Source: a virus
DNA length: 64,000 nt
Direction: 5' to 3' (one strand)
IMG/VR virus record: IMGVR_UViG_3300020581_000002
Span: 3,247-67,246 of that record
The translations under genes were made by a program, and so were the position numbers. The notes beneath the pieces are model-generated. The model was not told the origin of the DNA, did not search any database, and saw only the letters and a list, made by a program, of their open reading frames with translations. Below, in pieces: positions 26,216 to 33,527 of this stretch (positions within the stretch are counted from its first letter, which is position 1; the number at the start of each line of letters is the position of its first letter).

Positions 26216-26470
26216 ATGACCGAGCACGAGCAGGCAAAACAGTGGCGCGAGCGTCGCGGGCTCTCCAAGGCCCGCCTCGCCGAGCTGACCGGCTACTCCT
26301 ACGAGTCGATCCACCACTTCGAGAAAGGGCTCACGCCGCCGCGAACGTGGCGGTCACGGACGGCCGCCAAGGTGAAACAGCGGGTAATCGACCCTTATGT
26401 GTGGCACAGATATAAGACTTGCTGCGCGGGGGTGGAGGCGAAGCTGGGTGGAACTGAGTTTAATTGGTAG
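26216..26470 (+). CDS. XRE/Cro-like HTH regulator
   Basis: WRERRGLSKARLAELTGYSYESIHHFEKG. Confidence 0.85.
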   Translation: MTEHEQAKQWRERRGLSKARLAELTGYSYESIHHFEKGLTPPRTWRSRTAAKVKQRVIDPYVWHRYKTCCAGVEAKLGGTEFNW

Positions 26471-26481
26471 GGAGTAATGTG

Positions 26482-26676
26482 ATGTTTTGGATGGCCGTTT
26501 ATTATCACATTGACACTCACAAAGCTGCGGATATTCCGCCGGTCACAAACCTCTCAAGAGAGGAATGCGACGCGCTTCGAACAAGCTCGGAGCTCTGGAA
26601 AAACAGCCTTTACCTAGTTTGCAAACCTCAGCAATCGCTGATCAAGACAAATAGAGGGGAGTATTTTCAATGGTAA
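26482..26676 (+). CDS. Hypothetical protein
   Basis: GGGAG RBS; ORF track 26464..26676 trimmed. Confidence 0.5.
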   Translation: MFWMAVYYHIDTHKAADIPPVTNLSREECDALRTSSELWKNSLYLVCKPQQSLIKTNRGEYFQW

Positions 26677-26849
26677 AAATAAGAGTTTGTTGGGATGAGC
26701 GCTATCCTGACTACATGATTGGGTCAGATACAGATACTAGCGGCGCGGAAATCGAGGTCACCGACGAAGAATTGGTGCTCATAAAACAAGCTGTCGAGTT
26801 ATACGAAAGAGCACAAAATATTTTAGCGCGGGCAGAGGAGCAGCCATGA
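26670..26849 (+). CDS. Hypothetical protein (59 aa, MVKIRVCWDERYPDY...)
   Basis: Read manually; GGGGAG RBS. Confidence 0.55.
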   Translation: MVKIRVCWDERYPDYMIGSDTDTSGAEIEVTDEELVLIKQAVELYERAQNILARAEEQP

Positions 26850-26941
26850 CCCATTGGCTCCTCTCTCACTTGCTTGCCGTCCTCGCCGCGGGACTGCTCG
26901 CCCGCGTCATCGTCTCGCTTGCGCCGGAGGAGAAACCGTGA
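26846..26941 (+). CDS. 31-aa single-TM peptide
   Basis: MTHWLLSHLLAVLAAGLLARVIVSLAPEEKP; GAGGAG RBS; ATGA coupling. Confidence 0.5.
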   Translation: MTHWLLSHLLAVLAAGLLARVIVSLAPEEKP

Positions 26942-27090
26942 GCTTCATCGACATGCCTAGCGACACCCTGGAAATCGTGATCGACGCGAGCGGCACCAAG
27001 GTTTGGATCAATGATAGCAAGGGGCAGTGCGTGGCGCGCTGGTATCGTATTAAAAACCTCGTTCTCAAAGACGAAAGAGATAGGCAATGA
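26938..27090 (+). CDS. Hypothetical protein
   Basis: GGAGGAG RBS; GTGA coupling. Confidence 0.5.
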   Translation: MSFIDMPSDTLEIVIDASGTKVWINDSKGQCVARWYRIKNLVLKDERDRQ

Positions 27091-27176
27091 ACTTCGCACG
27101 CGGAGTCGTTATTGCTCTTCTCATCGAAGCGGAAGCTGTCATCCTCGTCACTCTCGTTTGGCATTGGTTCGGATGA
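27087..27176 (+). CDS. 29-aa single-TM peptide
   Basis: MNFARGVVIALLIEAEAVILVTLVWHWFG; ATGA coupling at both ends. Confidence 0.45.
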   Translation: MNFARGVVIALLIEAEAVILVTLVWHWFG

Positions 27177-27508
27177 AAAACTCTCCCAACGGCTACGTCC
27201 GCACCAGGCAGTTCTGGCACACGCGCGTCATGTGTCCCCTCTGCCGGCAACCGATGCCCGAGATGCGTCTGGGCGTACGCTTCCCGCCCCTCAAGGCGGC
27301 AATCTTCGATCTGATAAAGCTTACGGGCGATCACGGCATGACGCAGCAAGAGATACAGGGCTCGTTCGAGCTGAGCTCGCTCTACACGGTGCGTGCGCAC
27401 GTCTGGGGCATCAACAAGCTGATCGAAGACACGGGCTGGAGGATCAGGGGCGGCACGAAGCGTGCGCCGGGGTATAGGTTAGTGAAGACAAAAGCAATGC
27501 ACGCATGA
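27173..27508 (+). CDS. CPLC motif plus winged-helix-like protein
   Basis: CPLC; IFDLI...TVRAHVWGINKLI...I.G....GYRL. Confidence 0.6.
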   Translation: MKNSPNGYVRTRQFWHTRVMCPLCRQPMPEMRLGVRFPPLKAAIFDLIKLTGDHGMTQQEIQGSFELSSLYTVRAHVWGINKLIEDTGWRIRGGTKRAPGYRLVKTKAMHA

Positions 27509-27684
27509 ACGATCATCCTGGCTGCATGGCGCCAGATGGCGCAGAACCATGTCCGCAATGCACGTTACTATTGACCCAGCGAGATGTACTACTCGCGGCA
27601 CTTACTAGTGTTAGAGATTGGGATGCGCTGCACGATGCGCTGCCCGATAGTCTTGCAGCGAAGATAAGCGCCGCAATACGATAG
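27505..27684 (+). CDS. Hypothetical protein (59 aa, MNDHPGCMAPDGAEPCPQC...)
   Basis: Read manually; ATGA coupling. Confidence 0.45.
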   Translation: MNDHPGCMAPDGAEPCPQCTLLLTQRDVLLAALTSVRDWDALHDALPDSLAAKISAAIR

Positions 27685-27697
27685 TAGGAGGTGGACC

Positions 27698-29594
27698 ATG
27701 CGCATAGTGGTCATAGACTTTTGAAAGTTTTTTCACCGGCGCCAAGGATGCGCGAGGCATTCCTTATAGCCTCACGCATCACTCGACCGAGAGCTACGTG
27801 CGTCACGAGTGGTTCGAGGCCCACGGTGCCGCAATTAAATGGTCCAAGGATACGCCTGCACGATGGTACGACGAGAGGCAGTTGCGGGAGGTGTTGAAGA
27901 GCAAGGACTGGTCGGATGTGTTTCTCCTTTCCCACCACGCGAATTTTGACCACCTCATACTATCTCACCACTACTCCGTGGCGCCTCGAATGTCCGGTTG
28001 CACGCTGTCCATGGCTCGGCTCCTGCTTGGCAATCATATCTCTGTCTCCCTCGATTCTGTCCGGCAGCAATTCGGTTTGCCCGTTAAGCGTACCCCGTAT
28101 CACCTTTTCAAGGGAAAGCGCTGGCGCGAGCTGAGCGATGAGATAAGGCAGCAGGTCGCTGACGGCGCTTGCGATGAGGCCGAATCGATCTGGACGCTAT
28201 TCGGGATACTCTCGAAACAGTTTCCGAGCGAAGAATATTCTGTCGTGGACACCACGATAAAAATGTTTACGCAGCCCGTGCTGCGCGCCGACACCGAGCT
28301 GCTTGCTGCCATTTGGGAGCGTGAGGAACGTGAAAAATCTAAGCGGCTTCTTGAACTGGGCGTTGCTGCTTCTGAGCTTCAGTCCAGCGATCGCTTTGCT
28401 GATTTGTTGCGAGCTGAGGGCATTGAACCTGAGACCAAAGAAGGACCGGAACGCAAGGACGGCTCGCGAGGAATAATCTACGCGTTCGCCAAGACCGACT
28501 ATTTCATGGAGGAATTGCTTGAGCACGAGAACCCGCGAGTTCGCGCCCTCGCCGAGGCTCGCATCGGCCAGAAGTCCACTCTCATGCAAACGCGCGCCGA
28601 GACGCTGGGCTGGATGGCAAGTCGGGGACCTCTGTGCGTTTATCTGCGCTACGCAGGCGCTCACACGACGAGATGGAGCGGAGGAGACAAGACGAACTTC
28701 CAGAACTTCAAGAAGCCCGATCCCGATCTCCCTCCAGACGAGAACCCAAATATCAGGGACGCGGTATTGGCGCCCGAGGGTTATGTCTTAATTAAGCCCG
28801 ACTGCTCGCAGATCGAATGCAGGCTGCTTAACTTTGTTGCCGGCCAGCACGACGTGATCGAGCGGTTCCGCAACGGCGAGGACCCTTACGTCAACGTCGC
28901 TTCGGCGTTCTATGGCTACCCCGTCAATAGGCTTGATCATCCGACCGAGCGCCAGTGCGGCAAGGTGCTTGAGTTGCAGGCAGGCTACGGCTCAGGCGGC
29001 GACAAGATCAGGCACACGCTGCGCGTCAAGACCAAAGGCAAGATATTGTTGATGCTGGAAGAAGGCATCAAGGCGCGCGACGCGTATCGCGACACTCATC
29101 CTGCGGTGGTCGATCTCTGGAAGCAAGGTGGCCGGATGCTGGCGCGTCTAGCCGGCGGGCCACCGACGACGTGGGGCCCGTGCGAGGTGCGCAACCATCG
29201 GATCGTTTTGCCCAATAAGACGGAACTTATCTACGACACTTTGGAATTTCACCGCCCCGAATCCGAGGAGGAAATCAAGACCGACTGGGATCGCGACGGT
29301 TGGTGGCGCTTGCGCACGCGGCGCGGCTGGACCAAGATGTACGGCGCGAAACTAGTGGAAAACCTGATCCAGGCCCTCGCGCGCGTTGTCGTGTCCCAGG
29401 CGATGATTCGCGTCGTGCAGATGGGTTACCGCGTGGTGAGCATGGAGCACGACTCGCTGTGGATTTTGATCCCGGAGCAGAATGCCAAAGAGCACGCCGA
29501 ACGCTGCCGGCTTGAGCTGTGCCGCGACGTGCCGTGGCTGCCGGGATTGCCGCTCGATGCGGAGGTGACGCTGGGAGAAAGGTATTCGAAATGA
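27698..29594 (+). CDS. Family A DNA polymerase with a +1 frameshift at 27719-27724
   Basis: AGGAGGT+ATG MRIVVIDF|ESFF (ExoI), HHANFD (ExoII), HTTRWSG, DCSQIECR (motif A), RQCGKVLELQAGYG (B), ENLIQA, EHDS (C). Confidence 0.9.
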
Positions 29595-29823
29595 GTGATC
29601 GGTGTCTTTGTTCCGATTTCGAGTTGCGTGGTCAGAACTATGAAATCTGGTCAGACTCTATGCATCCGAGCAATCAGTGTCTCATTGATCCGCGCAAGCA
29701 CGAAGTGGTAGACACTGATCACGCTTTTGATCCGCCGCTCTCTAACGATGAACTGCTAAGCATATATGACTACGGAAAAGGCTACTGACGCCCCCTCGTG
29801 GGTACGCTGGGAGAAAGGTATTC
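29568..29823 (+). repeat. 20-bp direct repeat of the polymerase 3' end
   Basis: ACGCTGGGAGAAAGGTATTC at 29568-29587 and 29804-29823. Confidence 0.85.
29591..29788 (+). CDS. Hypothetical protein between the direct repeats
   Basis: ATGA overlap with the polymerase stop. Confidence 0.55.
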   Translation: MSDRCLCSDFELRGQNYEIWSDSMHPSNQCLIDPRKHEVVDTDHAFDPPLSNDELLSIYDYGKGY

Positions 29824-29838
29824 TAAGTAGAGGACAAA

Positions 29839-30327
29839 ATGACTGACACCGCAGAGCTGATCGCGCGGCCGTGCCCGACGTGCGGCTACCAGATAGATCG
29901 TGTTGAGCGCCTTACCAACACGGTTGCCGCGCAGGCGCAGGAGATCGAGCGGAAGGAACTCAATCGGTTGCAGGCATGGGCGAGATGGGAAGTGTCACAG
30001 CGTCAGTGGGAGGCCGCCGAAGCCCGCGTGAGGGAGACAACGCAAGAATACAACGCGCTTATAGAAAGCGTGCGATCGCTGTGCAACGACGAAATTGAGA
30101 TCACGCCCGCGATGATCCGCGCGGGCGTCGAAGCTTTCAAGCCTTTTCTTTTTGAGTATTATCATATTTTTGATTCTGATCACCCGGAGATAGTTCGGGC
30201 GGTTTGGACGGCTATGTGTAAGGCAGTCAGTTATCAAGCTTTTGTTTCAAAGGCCGTCAAGACTTACCCGCAACCTTCCCTTCGACCACCCGGAGGCGCT
30301 CGTGAAGGCCAGGAAAATCCAACATGA
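29839..30327 (+). CDS. Mosaic member of the MTxTAELIAR family
   Basis: MTDTAELIAR, CPTC, AAQAQEIER, EAAEARVRE, ITPAMIRAG modules. Confidence 0.65.
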   Translation: MTDTAELIARPCPTCGYQIDRVERLTNTVAAQAQEIERKELNRLQAWARWEVSQRQWEAAEARVRETTQEYNALIESVRSLCNDEIEITPAMIRAGVEAFKPFLFEYYHIFDSDHPEIVRAVWTAMCKAVSYQAFVSKAVKTYPQPSLRPPGGAREGQENPT

Positions 30328-31028
30328 ACACGCTAGACGGCGTTCCCCCCTTCCTCGATCGCACGCGCCTCGTTGGCACGTACTCGATTCTCAATGCGTA
30401 TAAAAACTGCGCCCACCAGATGGCGCGACGCTATGTCATCAAGGACCAGCCTTTTATTGAAACGCCCGAGATGGCTTGGGGTAACAAAGTGCATTCCGCG
30501 ATGGAGCTGCGCGTGGGCGGCAAGAAGCCGCTGCCCGTTGATATGCAGCAGTGGGAACAGTTTTGCACGCCGTTCGACAATCACGAGGCGCAAGTCGAGC
30601 AGAAGCTGGGCGTCACATGGAACATGCGCCCCTGCGATTTCTGGGACAAAGAAGTTTGGTTCCGCGGCAAGATCGACGTGACGCTCGTGAACCGCAAAAC
30701 AGGCGAGATGTCCGCTTACATCGCGGACTGGAAAACTGGCGGCTCCAAGTACGAAGACCCGTTTGAGCTGGCGACCAACGCGGTCTTGCTCAAGGCGAAA
30801 TATTCGGGCTTGACAAAAATCTTTGGGTCATTTATCTGGCTCAAGGAGAATCGTGTTGGACAGCGTTTTGATCTGTCCGACGTGACTGCGACGTGGCAAG
30901 ATATAAAAAGACTGATAGATGAAATTGAGGAAAAAAAGAAAAGCGGACAGTGGGATAAGACCAAGAGCGGCTTATGCGGTTATTGTTCCGTTCGCGATTG
31001 CGAACATTGGTATGAGGCGCGAAAGTGA
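30324..31028 (+). CDS. PD-(D/E)XK exonuclease (RecB/Cas4-like, Cys cluster)
   Basis: YS.LNAYKNC, GNKVH, EQKL, RGKID, DWKTG, LCGYCSVRDC. Confidence 0.88.
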   Translation: MNTLDGVPPFLDRTRLVGTYSILNAYKNCAHQMARRYVIKDQPFIETPEMAWGNKVHSAMELRVGGKKPLPVDMQQWEQFCTPFDNHEAQVEQKLGVTWNMRPCDFWDKEVWFRGKIDVTLVNRKTGEMSAYIADWKTGGSKYEDPFELATNAVLLKAKYSGLTKIFGSFIWLKENRVGQRFDLSDVTATWQDIKRLIDEIEEKKKSGQWDKTKSGLCGYCSVRDCEHWYEARK

Positions 31029-31391
31029 AAGTTCCATTTTCTCTTGCGTATTTTGAAATCTCGTTTTAACTATGATCCGTTAACCGGTATCTGGACACGA
31101 GTCGGCAAAAACGGTTGGGGGCAAAGACGAAATAAAATAGGATACGTTACGTCAGATGGCTATTTACGAATAAATATTGACGGAAAACGTTATCTAGGTC
31201 ACGTCTTAGCGTGGTTTTACATGACGGGATGTTGGCCTAACAAGATCGTTGATCACAAAGATAATGTGCCGCAAAATATTAGATGGAATAATTTGCGGCT
31301 GGCTACGCGCTCACAAAACAGAACTAATTGCAAAATCGCATTCGTTGACGGCGGGACATCAGGAATTACCTACAACGGATCAAAAACGTAG
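31025..31391 (+). pseudogene. HNH endonuclease, apparently frameshifted near the start and lacking the AP2 tail
   Basis: YDPLTG, GHVLAWFYMTG, VDHKD...WNNLRLATRSQN; the GTG at 31025 needs +1 at TATTTTGAAA; ends soon after the HNH domain. Confidence 0.6.
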
Positions 31392-31420
31392 ACAGATTCG
31401 ATTGATTCTGCTAAGGAAAA

Positions 31421-31453
31421 GGCATCACCCGCATCGTTTCCGACACGGGTGAT
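31421..31453 (-). terminator. Terminator hairpin with GAAA tetraloop
   Basis: CATCACCCG/CGGGTGATG stem with G.U pairs on the minus strand, then CCTTTT. Confidence 0.55.
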
Positions 31454-31616
31454 GGGAGCCGAGGATCATAAGGTATGAGGGCCTCAGCCCTTACATCTTA
31501 TCTTAAGACGGCTTGCCACATGGGGTTCTCCTAACGCGGCTCGCGGGCCGCAAACTGGTGGCCTCGGTTGGCCAGAGGGTTCCTTTTCCAGGGATGGCCC
31601 TCTGACGGTGAAAAGG

Positions 31617-31686
31617 TGGAGGTAGTGGGACTCAAACCCACCGGCGGAACTTGATGAGGGTCCCCTCCGGCAAACCTGCTACCCCC
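31617..31686 (-). ncRNA. 70-nt atypical tRNA-like RNA
   Basis: Acceptor GGGGGTA/TACCTCC-A-CC(T) with G3.U70, T-arm GTGGG-TTTGAGT-CCCAC, GGGAC/GTTCC arm with central CAT; no proper D-stem. Confidence 0.55.
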
Positions 31687-31953
31687 TAGAACTTATGATG
31701 GCTCGGCTGTATCACCGGTCGGGCCATCATTGCGTTTGATCCTTTTGAACTTACCGCCAGATGTCTTACGCAGACATTGGAGGTAAACACATTCATTTAG
31801 GTTATTTTTCTTGTGCAAAAGTTGCGCATCTTGCTTATTGCAAAGCGGCGCATATCTATTTTGGCGAGTTTGCAAGAGTGTAAAAGTATGCCCGAATGGA
31901 CCATCCAAAAAATTCCACCCTATAAGCGCAACCGCTACCCGCGAGGACCGAGG

Positions 31954-32361
31954 ATGAAGACGCCGGAAGCAGTGGAGAAGGACGAGCTGAAGAATTATCT
32001 CGCCGGGATCGGCGCGTTCTACTTCCTCACCTTCGCTCCCGGCTTCGGCAAGTCGGGCCTGCCCGACATCGTGGCGTGCATTGCGAGAAGCAGTGAGAGG
32101 CCGAGTAGCGCCTTCATAGCGTGGCTGGATAGAAATAATCTTATGGGCATCGACGCGTTAAACAGCGCTTTCAACTGCGGTTACGCCACGGGTCAGCGCA
32201 GCGTCGGCGCATTCTGGGGGATCGAGGTCAAGCGCGAGGGCTTCGGACCGACTAAGATTCAAGAGGTACGAATGGAGGAAGTTAAGAGAGCGGGTGGCAT
32301 GACGGCGTGGGGAACGGCCGAGAAGGTGACAGGGGAGATCGAGGCGTGGAGAAAATCCTGA
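31954..32361 (+). CDS. VRR-NUC domain nuclease
   Basis: MKTPEAVEK...GFGKSGLPDIVAC...FWGIEVKR...PTKIQ...AGG, with an internal insertion. Confidence 0.85.
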   Translation: MKTPEAVEKDELKNYLAGIGAFYFLTFAPGFGKSGLPDIVACIARSSERPSSAFIAWLDRNNLMGIDALNSAFNCGYATGQRSVGAFWGIEVKREGFGPTKIQEVRMEEVKRAGGMTAWGTAEKVTGEIEAWRKS

Positions 32362-33527
32362 CGGGTGACTGTCGTGTGCTGCTCCGCGATCTCCCCGCCG
32401 AGTCGATTAACTGCGTGGTGACGAGCCCGCCCTATTGGGGTTTGCGGGATTATAAGATCGAACCGCTGCTGTGGGAAGACGGCTGGCGCGGTGTGCACGG
32501 ATTGGAACCAACAATTGAGCTTTACGTGCGCCACTCGATTGAGATTTTCCGCGAGATACGCCGCGTGTTGCGCTCTGATGGAACGCTTTGGCTTAATCTG
32601 GGTGACAGTTATGCAAGCGGCGGTCGCGGCGGCAACCCAACAGCCGATAGTTCCACCTTGCAAGGAACTTTATCGACGCAAGAAGCGTCTATGATACGCA
32701 GATCAATAAAGCCCCCCGACGGATTAAAACCAAAAGACCTGATTGGCGTTCCTTGGCGCGTTGCCTTTGCGCTCCAAGCTGACGGCTGGTACCTTCGCCA
32801 GGACATTATATGGCACAAGCCTAACCCTATGCCTGAGAGCGTTATTGATCGCTGCACCAAGGCGCACGAGTACCTATTTCTTTTTTCTAAAAGTGAACGC
32901 TACTATTTCGACGCTGAGGCGATTAAGGAACCTGCAGCGTGGAACTCGAAGCATACTAAGTTTCCCGACGGGTGGGACACAGGTACCGGCGGCCATGGCG
33001 CGTTCCATCGGGAAGGAAGAGAAAAGGGCAAGCGCGTGAACGGGGCGGCAAGCTGGAAAGGATCTGCGTTCGATGATCCGCGTGACTTGGAGGCGCATCC
33101 TGATACTGGTCGCGGTCCTCGTGCTGCCGGTAATAAGTCTCACAAGGGCGTGACTGAATACGAAGCTTCGGAAACCGAGGAGCATCGAACCAAGGTCGGG
33201 TTGATGAATATCGCCGAAACTGCCTACGAAACGCGCAACAAACGCTCTGTTTGGACCATTGCGAGCAAGCCATTCAAGGGCGCCCACTTCGCAACTTTCC
33301 CCCCCAAGCTTGTTGAGCCGTGCATCCTCGCCGGCTCGCCTCTCCACGGAATCGTGCTCGACCCATTTGCCGGCGCGGGAACGGTTGCCCTGGTAGCGCG
33401 TAATTTCGGCCGGCACTGCGTGCTGATGGAAATGAACCCTGAGTACGTGGTAATGGCCGAGCGGCGTCTTGCCGGTCTTCCCGTCGCGCCTCCCATTACC
33501 GAGCAGGCACATGCAGTTCTACCATGA
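32346..33527 (+). CDS. DNA amino-methyltransferase (N6_N4_Mtase, SPPY type, probably m4C)
   Basis: GDC, VVTSPPYWGLRDY, NLGDSY, IIWHKPNPMPES, HFATFP, LDPFAGAGT. Confidence 0.93.
   Translation: MEKILTGDCRVLLRDLPAESINCVVTSPPYWGLRDYKIEPLLWEDGWRGVHGLEPTIELYVRHSIEIFREIRRVLRSDGTLWLNLGDSYASGGRGGNPTADSSTLQGTLSTQEASMIRRSIKPPDGLKPKDLIGVPWRVAFALQADGWYLRQDIIWHKPNPMPESVIDRCTKAHEYLFLFSKSERYYFDAEAIKEPAAWNSKHTKFPDGWDTGTGGHGAFHREGREKGKRVNGAASWKGSAFDDPRDLEAHPDTGRGPRAAGNKSHKGVTEYEASETEEHRTKVGLMNIAETAYETRNKRSVWTIASKPFKGAHFATFPPKLVEPCILAGSPLHGIVLDPFAGAGTVALVARNFGRHCVLMEMNPEYVVMAERRLAGLPVAPPITEQAHAVLP

Noticed and set aside
27719-27724. Genome-wide UGA recoding
   Set aside because: Reading through TGA stays out of frame and meets TAG; TGA terminates many other genes normally.
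31645-31680. Hammerhead ribozyme core near TTGATGAG
   Set aside because: Lacks CUGAUGA and a correctly placed GAAA with closing stems.
31420-31790. Complete one- or two-piece tmRNA
   Set aside because: The 5' and 3' acceptor strands are only 70 nt apart in normal order, with no tag reading frame between them.
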